From Macrostomum hystrix (taxonomy: Eukaryota; Animalia; Platyhelminthes), in assembly GCA_950097015.1 (NCBI GenBank), contig CATNEN010000002.1, positions 1,860,001 through 1,924,000 of the forward strand: DNA of 64,000 bases, given 5' to 3'. The notes below the pieces were generated by a model. That model made no database searches and was not told where the DNA came from. It was given only the letters and a program-made list of their open reading frames with translations. The position numbers and the translations under genes were made by a program. Shown one piece after another: positions 49,328-60,312 of this stretch (within the stretch, counting starts at the first letter, position 1; every line of letters begins with the position of its first letter).

Positions 49328-50486
49328 ATGCTGCGAACGATGTTAAACAGTTTCTGCTGTACAGGACTATTGCTCACGCTGGTCATTGTAGCATTTCACT
49401 GCCACGCAATGGTGCAAGCAGAAGCCGCAGATAACGACTGCGCCAATGTTGGTGAGTGAAATTATATTTTTATTTATCCTTTTAAATTAGAAAATTAATA
49501 TTGAAATGGCTTTTAACTTACACAGATACGTACTAAATAAAACTAACTTTAATTTTAAAGAGCACCCACCACCCCAATCTTAAAATGGGCAACCATGCAC
49601 CACCCCATTCTTACGAGCGTAGAAGGGCACCCAACACCCCATTCTTAGAAGGGCACCCACCATCCTATTCTTGGAAGAGCACCCACCACCCCATTCTTAG
49701 AAGGGCACCCACCATCCTATTCTTGGAAGAGCACCCACCACCCCATTCTTAGAAGGGCACCCACCACCCCATTCTTAGAAGGGCACCCACCACCCCATTC
49801 TTAGGAGTGCTCCCACCACCCGTTTCTTAGAAGAGCACCCACCACCCCATTCTTAGGAGGGCACCCACCACCCGTTTCTTAGAAGAGCATCCACCACTCC
49901 ATTCTTAGAAGAGCACCCACCACCCCATTCTTAGAAGAGCGACCCAACCCGTTTCTTAGAAGAGCACCCACCACCCCATTCCTAGAAGAGCATTCACAGT
50001 TTTCATATGCCTAAATGCAAATCTTCAGGCACCGACGATGACGATGGTGAGAGTGTCATCTGCGGCCGCGTGGCCTACGTGTCAGACGGCGACACACTCC
50101 GCCTGACTTCGGACGACAACGACGAAAACCGCGAAACTCTGCGCATCCGGCTGGTGCAGATCGACGCGCCGGAGTTGGCGCAGCCGCACGGCGAGGCGGC
50201 GAGAGACGCCCTGCGCCAGATGGCGCCAAACGGTGCTCGAGTTTGCATCCTTGCCGACAGCCGAGACATCTACGGCCGCACTCTGGGTCGGGTCTGCCGC
50301 GGCTCGGACGATTTGAATCGGCGCCTAGTAGCCGAGGGTCACGCCTGGTGTTACAGGGGCCGCTGCCAGCGCGACTACAGGGCGGCTGAGACTCAGGCGC
50401 GCGCGGCAAGGCGCGGACTGTGGGCTGCGCCAGCGATGGCGCCGTGGATCTATCGGCAGCAGCAGCGGCGTCCAAGATCTGCTTGA
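49328..50486 (+). CDS. Secreted single-domain staphylococcal nuclease-like (thermonuclease) protein, 193 aa
   Basis: Exon 1 49328-49451 (MLRTMLNSFCCTGLLLTLVIVAFHCHA, signal-peptide-like) joined by phase-1 GT-AG intron 49452-50028 to exon 2 50029-50486. SNase motifs VSDGDTL, IRLVQIDAPE, DIYGRTLG, LNRRLVAEGHAW, AETQARAARRGLW. Confidence 0.88.
49560..49990. repeat. Intronic minisatellite, 26-bp unit (GAAGGGCACCCACCACCCCATTCTTA)
   Basis: Tandem units in the nuclease gene intron. Confidence 0.9.
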
Positions 50487-51366
50487 CGAGTTGATTCATT
50501 GATTAGTTTTAACGATCTATTTTGCAACGCTTGTCTACTAGAAAATAACTATCTAGCTAATAAACAGTCGCATTTTATACTACTTTTTTGTCACGTGACT
50601 TAGTAGGCTGATGCGAATTTAAATAAAAGGAAACGAAAAAAATTTCAAATGAAAAATTCTTTTGTCAGCGGGAATGCCTGCAAAGTCCGAGGTCCTATAT
50701 ACCAGAGGGGATCAAATAGGCCGATTGTCAGTCGGCGATTTGTCTATGGGCAGTTTATTTACGCTCGTATGGGCAGTTTGTCTATGGGCGAGTTGTCTAT
50801 GGGTAATTTGTCGATGGGCAGTTTGTCTGTGGGCAGTTTGTGATTTTCAACAAAAAAGTTCGTGCACATGGACTCTATAATATAGTTAGTGTTATGCAAA
50901 AATGAAAATACTTTTCATTATAGAGCTAGATAATGCCTACGGAAAGGCATTAGTTAAACTAGTTAGTCACTGTGCAAAATTTGTGGTGGAAAACCGAAAT
51001 TTTCCACTATAACTGTTACACTAAACTGTCTGACCGAATGACCTTCTTGTGAACCCTGAATTATGAGACTGTGTTACAGAGATTGCACGCCTTTGATAAA
51101 CTACTGTATATAAACCAGTTTTGTATCATATTGGATCATAACAGGCTAGCAGCTGTGTGAAATTTAATTGAAGCTTATCTCATAGTTTGCACAGCTTAAA
51201 GCCAGGAGTTCCTGTTACAGCTGGTTCGCGATCCTCTTTAATTCAACGTTAAGATAGAAAGGTTCTGTGCGTTTTTCTAAATCATAGATTTTAGATAGTA
51301 CGTAATTATATTATTAATCTAGTATTTAAAGTGAATTATGAACTGCAATTAAGAAAATTTTTCATT

Positions 51367-51890
51367 TGGAGAGGAGGAGAGGAGGGTAGAAGAGAGGAGA
51401 AGAGAGGAGAGGAGGTAAGAGGAGAGGAGAGGAGAGGAGAGGAGAGGAGAGGAGAGGAGAGGAGAAGAGAGAAGAGGAGAGGAGGGGAGAGGCGAGGAGA
51501 GGAGAGGAGAGGAGAGGAGAGGAGAGGAGAGGCGAGGAGAAGAGAGGAGAGGAGAGGAGAGGAGAGGAGATGAGAGGCGAGGAGAGGAGAGGAGAGGAGA
51601 GGAGAGGAGAGGAGAAGAGAGCAGAGGAGAGGAGGGGAAAGGAGAGGAGAGGAGAGGAGAAGAGAGGAGAAGAGAGCAGAGGAGAGGAGGGGAGAGGCGA
51701 GGAGAGGAGAGGAGTGGAGAGGAGAGGCGAGGAGAAGAGAGGAGAGGAGAGGAGATGAGAGGAGAGGAGAGGAGAGGAGAGGAGAGGAGCGGAGAGGAGA
51801 GGAGAGGAGAGGAGAGGCGAAGAGAGGAGAGGAGAGGAGAGGAGAAGAGAGGAGAGGCGAGGAATGGAATAGGAGGGGAGATGAGAGGAT
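51367..51890. repeat. (GAGAG)n pentanucleotide microsatellite
   Basis: Polypurine run visible directly. Confidence 0.95.
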
Positions 51891-52582
51891 AAATAGGATA
51901 GATGAGGATTTCGCATTAACTTAAGGCTCTAAAATGCAGCCCGAGGTCAATTCTCAACCAAAGCAACTATTTACCCCCAGGGAAAATGTAAATATATCTG
52001 CTGTGCAGTTTGCATGAGTTCAATATATGCAATTGTAAATTGCAGCAACAAATTTATTAGTTGCAAATTCAGAGCTCCAAAATTTAATGTTTTTGTTTTT
52101 CCATGTGTATTAAGTCTGCATATTTCAATATTAAATCTATTTGATCAATTTCGATGCAAAAGATTAAATAAAAGACATTTTAGTTATTGAATGAATAAGT
52201 GGCTGTAAGGTGAAGGAAAATTGACATTATTGTGGACATACTTGTGAAAGGTCAGAAAATTCAAATCTAACAAATTCACACTTTGGTAAGAGCTAATAAA
52301 AAACATTAAAGTACATGTAACCAACTGACAAAGTGGAAAGACTAATGATGAAAATGAGCCAAGTGTGCTGAGAACGCCGACCAAGCAGGCCAAGAGAAGG
52401 TCATGATTAGCTTAATGACTTGCATCATATTAGCAAATTTAAGGAGTAAGGAAGAATTGATTCTTTTTGGAGGATTAAACTGTGAATCAACGCAAAGGAA
52501 AGGTTAAAATTAAACCTGAGCAAAACAAAAAACTAATAAAATGACCGTTAGTAAATGACGAAAAATATGACTCTATATAACT

Positions 52583-52975
52583 ATAATAATATAATAATAA
52601 TTGACACTAGACCCAAGGGCCAGTGCAGGTGTTGTGTGTCAAGCACACTAGCAGGTGGGGACTGCACACCTATTGTACTCCCCGGCTCTCTCGGACACCG
52701 GTTGACAGCCGCGTGTCAGCAATGGAATTTATTTTTTCCAAACATATCGGCAGAATATAAAACCCACTGAATTGCCGCACAGAAACTGCTTTATTCCACG
52801 CCAGCCGGAATTATTACCCGACGAAATGTCGGTACTCATTTGCAGCTGAGTAGACTGTGTGCACATCAGGGTAAAGCAGCTTGCCAAAGGCTGCACGAAT
52901 AGTTCTAGGTCGGGAGTCGAACCCAGGACCATCTGATCCAGAGTCTGACACCTTACTGACTGACCTATCCGCTCC
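52583..52975 (-). mobile_element. tRNA-derived SINE
   Basis: Minus strand: tRNA-like head (B-box GGTTCGACTCC), core CCTTTGGCAAG...TACTCAGCTGCAAATGAGTACC resembling the 4971 element core, (TTA)n tail. Confidence 0.7.
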
Positions 52976-53355
52976 TATATAACTATAAACGGTCACAAAC
53001 GTCATTTTTAGAAGATTCGCAAAAATTTTAAGTTAAATAGCCCATGCAGCATCTTCATGACCAATTTTTTGTATCAGTAGACAAGAACAATGCAATCCCA
53101 TCACCATTATTCAACGATGCGACAAATTAAAATTCACAACTTAAAAAGCCTAAAAATGCCTATATCTAAAATCTTGCAACACATTATCGACCTTAAATCT
53201 GACCTTATTCAGTAGCTATTGCACTGAATTTGCGATTCTAAGAAACTCAACTTTCTTAATAGATACTAGCTTCACTCAAAAACTTATTTTCTTTATTATC
53301 AGCCCTTAAGAACAGTTGCTACAAGAGTAACAGAGGTACTAAAAACTTTCGCTCT

Positions 53356-56300
53356 TCAGCGAGCAGCATCAGCGTAGTCCTGCAGGTAGGCGTAGGGCGC
53401 GGTCAGGTGGCCCTCCTCGGCGATGGTGGCATCCTGCAGGACTCGACTGCAGCCGCCGGGCGCCACGTGGGGCAGCAGCATCTCGGGCAGCACCCGGCGG
53501 AGGATCAACTCGCCGAAGGTGCTCGACGAATCGCGCGGCAGTTCAATCGGCAGATTGTCCACCGACATGACGTCGACTATCGTCTGGAAGTTGGCATCGT
53601 CAACCGGATGATTGGCTGAATCCAACAGCTCCGAGCCAGTCGCCGGATCGAAGCTGAAGATTGGATCAGCCACGGTGGTGGCACGCAGTGTCGAGGGCAA
53701 CGAGGACACCGGCGCAATGTCGCACGTGACGTCACCGATGAGGCGGACTCCGAAATCGCGACGGCGCATGTCCTCCAGGGTGAGGAGCGGCGCGCAGCGG
53801 TGGTCCCAGAAGATGCCGTTGATGAGGACGTTGCCAGCGGCGGCGAAGGGCCACAGGACGCTGTGGTAGCCGGACGGGTCGACAAAGAAGTCGACACTCC
53901 AGGCCGCGTCCGAGCCCTTGGTATCGATGGCGGGATGGGAGTTCGGGGAAATTTTTGCTGGGTGCTGAAAGTCATCGTTCCGCGTCTCAATATCAGGGAT
54001 TCTGTGGGGTCCGGCTTATATCCTCGTCACGTGACTGGCAGCGTCTAGGGCTTTGGGATAAGGATCATTGAGTCGTTGGGAAATGGGGATCTCAAAGTCA
54101 ATGGGAATGGGAATTTCAGAGTCATTAGGAATGGGGATCTTTGAGTCGTTGAGAATGGGATCTTCAAGTCATTTGGAATGGGGATCCTTGGGTATGCTGC
54201 TACGCTTCCAATCTCTACCTTTCGAAACAGCCAATCAGCGGGCAGCTGGGTGTACGCCCCTGCGTGACCGGGCAGCCAATTACGAGCGAGAAAATCCGGC
54301 GGCGCCAATCGCTCCAGACCCAGCAGGTCTAGCAGCTCGCAGGCGCCGTTGCCAACGCGACCGTCGCCAGTGACAACTATGCGCAGGTCTGGGATTGAAA
54401 AGGACATAAAAGGGGAGCGAATGGGGGATTAGGAGTGACGGAATCCTAAAATTAGGAGTGACAGATCATGTGATTAGGAGTGACGGAATCCAGAGTTTAG
54501 GAGTGACGGAATCCAGAGTTTAGGAGTGACGGAATCCAGAGTTTAGGAGTGACGGAATCCAGAGTTTAGGAGTGACGGAATCCAGAGATTAGGAGTGACG
54601 GAATCCAGAGTTTAGGAGTGACGGAATCCAGAGTTTAGGAGTGACGGAATCCAGAGTTTAGGAGTGACGGAATCCAGAGATTAGGAGTGACGGAATCCAG
54701 AGTTTAGGAGTGACGGAATCCAGAGTTTAGGAGTGACGGAATCCAGAATTTAGGAGTGACGGAATCCAGAGTTTAGGAGTGACGGAATCCAGAGTTTAGG
54801 AGTGACGGAATCCAGAGTTTAGGAGTGACGGAATCCAGAGTTTAGGAGTGACGGAATCCAGAATTTAGGAGTGACGGAATCCAGAGTTTAGGAGTGACGG
54901 AATCCAGAGTTTAGGAGTGACGGAATCCAGAGTTTAGGAGTGACGGAATCCAGAGTTTAGGAGTGACGGAATCCAGAGTTTAGGAGTGACGGAATCCAGA
55001 GATTAGGAGTGACGGAATCCAGAATTTAGGAGTGACGGAATCCAGAGTTTAGGAGTGACGGAATCCAGAGTTTAGGAGTGACGGAATCCAGAGTTTAGGA
55101 GTGACGGAATCCAGAGTTTAGGAGTGACGGAATCCAGAGTTTAGGAGTGACGGAATCCAGAGTTTAGGAGTGACGGAATTTAGAGTTTAGGAGTGACGGA
55201 ATCCAGAGTTTAGGAGTGACGGAATCCAGAGATTAGGAGTGACGGAATCCAGAATTTAGGAGTGACGGAATCCAGAGTTTAGGAGTGACGGAATCCAGAG
55301 TTTAGGAGTGACGGAATCCAGAGTTTAGGAGTGACGGAATCCAGAATTTAGGAGTGACGGAATCCAGAGTTTAGGAGTGACGGAATCCAGAGTTTAGGAG
55401 TGACGGAATCCAGAGTTTAGGAGTGACGGAATCCAGAGTTTAGGAGTGACGGAATCCAGAGTTTAGGAGTGACGGAATCCAGAGTTTAGGAGTGACGGAA
55501 TCCAGAGATTAGGAGTGACGGAATCCAGAATTTAGGAGTGACGGAATCCAGAGTTTAGGAGTGACGGAATCCAGAGTTTAGGAGTGACGGAATCCAGAGT
55601 TTAGGAGTGACGGAATCCAGAATTTAGGAGTGACGGAATCCAGAGTTTAGGAGTGACGGAATCCAGAGTTTAGGAGTGACGGAATCCAGAGTTTAGGAGT
55701 GACGGAATCCAGAGTTTAGGAGTGACGGAATCCAGAGTTTAGGAGTGACGGAATCCAGAGATTAGGAGTGACGGAATCCAGAATTTAGGAGTGACGGAAT
55801 CCAGAGTTTAGGAGTGACGGAATCCAGAGTTTAGGAGTGACGGAATCCAGAGTTTAGGAGTGACGGAATCCAGAATTTAGGAGTGACGGAATCCAGAGTT
55901 TAGGAGTGACGGAATCCAGAGTTTAGGAGTGACGGAATCCAGAGTTTAGGAGTGACGGAATCCAGAGTTTAGGAGTGACGGAATCCAGAATTTAGGAGTG
56001 ACGGAATCCAGAGTTTAGGAGTGACGGAATCCAGAGTTTAGGAGTGACGGAATCCAGAGTTTAGGAGTGACGGAATCCAGAGTTTAGGAGTGACGGAATC
56101 CAGAGTTTAGGAGTGACGGAATCCAGAGTTTAGGAGTGACGGAATCCAGAATTTAGGAGTGACGGAATCCAGAGTTTAGGAGTGACGGAATCCAGAGTTT
56201 AGGAGTGACGGAATCCAGAGTTTAGGAGTGACGGAATCCAGAGTTTAGGAGTGACGGAATCCAGAGATTAGGAGTGACGGAATCCAGAATTTAGGAGTGA

Positions 56301-57620
56301 CGGAATCCAGAGTTTAGGAGTGACGGAATCCAGAGTTTAGGAGTGACGGAATCCAGAGTTTAGGAGTGACGGAATCCAGAATTTAGGAGTGACGGAATCC
56401 AGAGTTTAGGAGTGACGGAATCCAGAGTTTAGGAGTGACGGAATCCAGAGTTTAGGAGTGACGGAATCCAGAGTTTAGGAGTGACGGAATCCAGAGTTTA
56501 GGAGTGACGGAATCCAGAGATTAGGAGTGACGGAATCCAGAATTTAGGAGTGACGGAATCCAGAGTTTAGGAGTGACGGAATCCAGAGTTTAGGAGTGAC
56601 GGAATCCAGAGTTTAGGAGTGACGGAATCCAGAATTTAGGAGTGACGGAATCCAGAGTTTAGGAGTGACGGAATCCAGAGTTTAGGAGTGACGGAATCCA
56701 GAGTTTAGGAGTGACGGAATCCAGAGTTTAGGAGTGACGGAATCCAGAATTTAGGAGTGACGGAATCCAGAGTTTAGGAGTGACGGAATCCAGAGTTTAG
56801 GAGTGACGGAATCCAGAGTTTAGGAGTGACGGAATCCAGAGTTTAGGAGTGACGGAATCCAGAGTTTAGGAGTGACGGAATCCAGAGTTTAGGAGTGACG
56901 GAATCCAGAATTTAGGAGTGACGGAATCCAGAGTTTAGGAGTGACGGAATCCAGAGTTTAGGAGTGACGGAATCCAGAGTTTAGGAGTGACAGATCCTAA
57001 GATTAGGAGAGCCGGGTGAAGAGAAGATTGTCCTCACCCCGCAGCATCTCAGGCTTGATTTCATTGGCGTAGCGCTGTTTCGCGGCCTCCCAATCCTGGG
57101 CCTCGTTTAGGCGGAACAGGCGGCAAGTGCCGGTGCGGCGGCCCCAGGCCATGACGGTGTTGTGGGCGCCAACAATGCCAGCCCAGCGGCCGAAGCCAAT
57201 CAATCGAATGCCCTGAGCGTCGCGCATGCACTCCCAGTCCATTAGGCGGATGCGTTTTTCTAGAACGGCGCACAGCAGGTCGCGATTGTGCGGCTGCTTC
57301 TTGATGGTGTGAGAGAACAGAGCGTAGGTAGCCCCCGGCTGCAGAGTTTCGATAGCTGGCGGCTTCACGCCCAGCAGAAAGTTGGCTCCCGTGGCCTTGT
57401 CCACAATGCTGGCTCCGGCAGCTGCGTACTCAGCGTCACTATAGCAACGAAACGGGCAGCTCTCAACTTGGATGGTGACGCGAGAGCCATACTGGGAGAG
57501 AATCTCGGCACAATGGGCTGGAGTCAGTGGCGTCCTAGTCTCGTGTGGGACCAGAGTTTCCCGAACAATGCCAATGGTGATTGGCTCTTGGTCTGATTGT
57601 GCTTCAGTTGTGGCAGACAT
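53356..57620 (-). CDS. Stand-alone lysine-ketoglutarate reductase / saccharopine dehydrogenase-like protein (AlaDh/PNT fold), copy A, 437 aa
   Basis: Exons (minus) 57620-57038, 54388-54219, 53916-53356 (phases 1, 0; 1314 nt; the AAG acceptor at 53917 restores gap-free alignment with copy B). Motifs GIVRE...ETRTPLTP, LGVK, FSHTIKKQPHN, RLIGFGRWAGIVGAHN, VTGDGRVGNG (Rossmann), GDVTCD, MSVDNLPIELPRD. Confidence 0.9.
54425..57010. repeat. Intronic minisatellite, 23-bp unit (GGAGTGACGGAATCCAGAGTTTA), ~110 units with higher-order structure
   Basis: Fills intron 54389-57037 of copy A; GATTA and ATTTA variants recur periodically. Confidence 0.97.
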
Positions 57621-60312
57621 GGCTTGCTCGGCTTAAAATTTTTTTGCACTTGCTTTCTGCAATTTTGTTATTTTCATTGTGATGGAATTGTCAACACAAT
57701 ATAAAGATTGCAAAAAAGAATTAACTAGCATTCATCATTTTATGAGCAAAAAAATCATAAAATCAAAAAAAGTTAAAAAATTCACCTGTCAACAGTATCA
57801 AGGTAAGAAAACATACTCAGATGAAGGTATCCTGAATATTAAATAAACTTTACAGGACTGCAAAAAAAGTTAGTTAGACCTCTGGATATATATCTAGTAA
57901 TATGTATCATTTTGTGCATTTGAGAAATAATATTTTTCACTTTTTTTGCTCTAAATGTGTAAATTGAGGTGATAGAAAGTGATGATTATTTATAGGGTAG
58001 TTGTTTTGCTGAAAAAAACTTTTATTAAGCTTTGAATGCCTCATTAGATAAATAAGTTTTTACACATAAATACAGTAACCCTAAGCAACATTCCAAGTAC
58101 TAAAAAACAACAGAAAAGTTAAACTTAGTGTAAAATAGTGTAAGTTTTGTATATCACAAATAAATATTAAAACAAACAGCTAATACAGTACCTTAATGAC
58201 TCCAATGGTTTCAATTACAGATAAGCTTTAGATATATATTTTTCAAGTTTACATTTTAGATACGATATTGGAAAAATGACTTTAAAATGTTTTAAAGTTT
58301 ATAATTGCCAATACTGTAATTTTCTTTCTAGCACAACATTTCTTCAAATTTCTGAATTGATATCTTGCTACAACAAAAAATATTCACATCACATTGCACA
58401 CAAAGAGTAAAACTAAAATAACTAAAGACAATAAGATTATATACATATTCTTCCTAATAATATACTTGCAATATACTAGCAAAATAAACTTGGCATATTG
58501 AGAAATACATAAGTGCATAGTATATTTACAGATACAATTTCTTTCAGTTAAAACAAAATGGTGACAGTGACGGAATACAGAAAACAATAGCAAAATGCAA
58601 GACATACGAGTAAGACATCTTTTAATTCCAAAAAGCGTTAGAATTACATAATCGATAATATGCAAATATAAATAAGCTAATTGTAATTTTAAGAGCACAA
58701 AAAATATTAAACTACAAGTTTCCGTATTTTATGTTATTCAATGCTGCCTTCCTTAGCGTTGACAATAAACGGTGATAGCAAATATAAATAAATATATTTT
58801 GGTGTTGTTTCGCAGAATAGGATAATCCAAAGCCATGCCAAAAGCAACAGAACATTTTAAGTAAAACTAATGTTTCAATATATATTTTACACGTAAAGTT
58901 GCTTGTCTAAATGAGTTAAAAAATGTATAAATAAAAAATGAGAAACAATAAAATTTATTAAATTAAAGTTTTCAGTCTGTTCAAAAACATCGAAGTTCAA
59001 ACGAGCGGCATCGTTATATTCCTTACAAGTGTACTTGTAAGGAATTTTAAATTTATTAATTAAAATATTGTATTTTTAATAGTTTTTGCTAAGTTGCTTT
59101 TGCAATTATCTAAAGGCTAAAATAAGCAGCTTTTAAGAGTTAGCGAAGAGCTAGCAATTCACTTAGAGCTTATGCGCCTAAAGTCTTAATCTTGTGTTAT
59201 TTCATTTTATCATTGAAGAATTGTATAGTATAATTATAAATGTGAAAGAAACATTTTAATTCTTTGTTACGCATGCTTTAAATCTGTTAATTTTAGTGCT
59301 GTTTCAAGCGGTCTTTTTAATAATTTTTAATAACATTTCAATAAAGTTCTTTCACCCAGAATTCTGAGCATCTAAAACAAATACTTTCAAGTAAAAACAA
59401 TATTTCGTCCCTGTAGGAAATTATACAAAAACTTATATGTGTGAAGCTCTTTCAATCTTCATTCGCAACTAGCTATTGGATTAAACTTTGATTAAAGACG
59501 TTTGCTGCACTTTACGGCTACTATAAGTAATGTATGTGGACTCATAGAGACACGTACTATTATTTTTCTTAGCTATATCTTCACGGTCTCAACCCATTTC
59601 AAGTCAGATAATAATGCTTTAGAAACACGATAAAAAGTGGATATTCTTGCAAGAGTACCTTACGTGCATGCGACCTTGACCTAGAAACTAAGTCAGAAAA
59701 GCTTCTATCTGTCAAAAGTTCAAACCTAAAGGTCCAAAAGTCGAGGACCTCAAAGTAAAGAATATAGTTCATTTTCTTAGCACAAAGCTGATATAATATA
59801 TTATATGCTGATTGGCCATGCAAAGCCTGTAATGCAAACTAACAAACTAGCTTTGATCGACTTTGCTCAAAAGAGCGCAAAAATAGCTATTGCAATATCT
59901 CGATAAGCGACTTATCAAACAGATGGTAAGAGATCTTGCAGAATAAAATTGTTCCACGGACCGGAGGCGGGCTGCAAAAAAGCCGTGAAGGTGCGAGACA
60001 AAAAAGAGGTGCGAAAAATACTGGGATTTCATAAATTTTCACATGACTTTGACGATAAATATTCGATTAAAAAACGAAACCTTAGAATATAGAAATCGGA
60101 AAGTTAATCATGGAGAAAAGAACACGACAATACTCACTCAGGCCCACGGGAGGCAAGATTTGATCTGCGTGTTTTGGAAACAAAAAAGTCGGAAAAAACA
60201 ACCCATCACCAAAAACTAAGGGAAGCGGATGAATTTTTAATGCTACAATATCAAGTGTTAAGTGAATAGTAGATAAATAAAACTGTTTAATCCGTTAATT
60301 CGCTGGCTGCAA

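Noticed and set aside
8920-57010. Regular 20-44-bp repeats as possible CRISPR arrays
   Set aside because: Units are head-to-tail with no unique spacers, there are no cas genes, and the context is spliced eukaryotic DNA.
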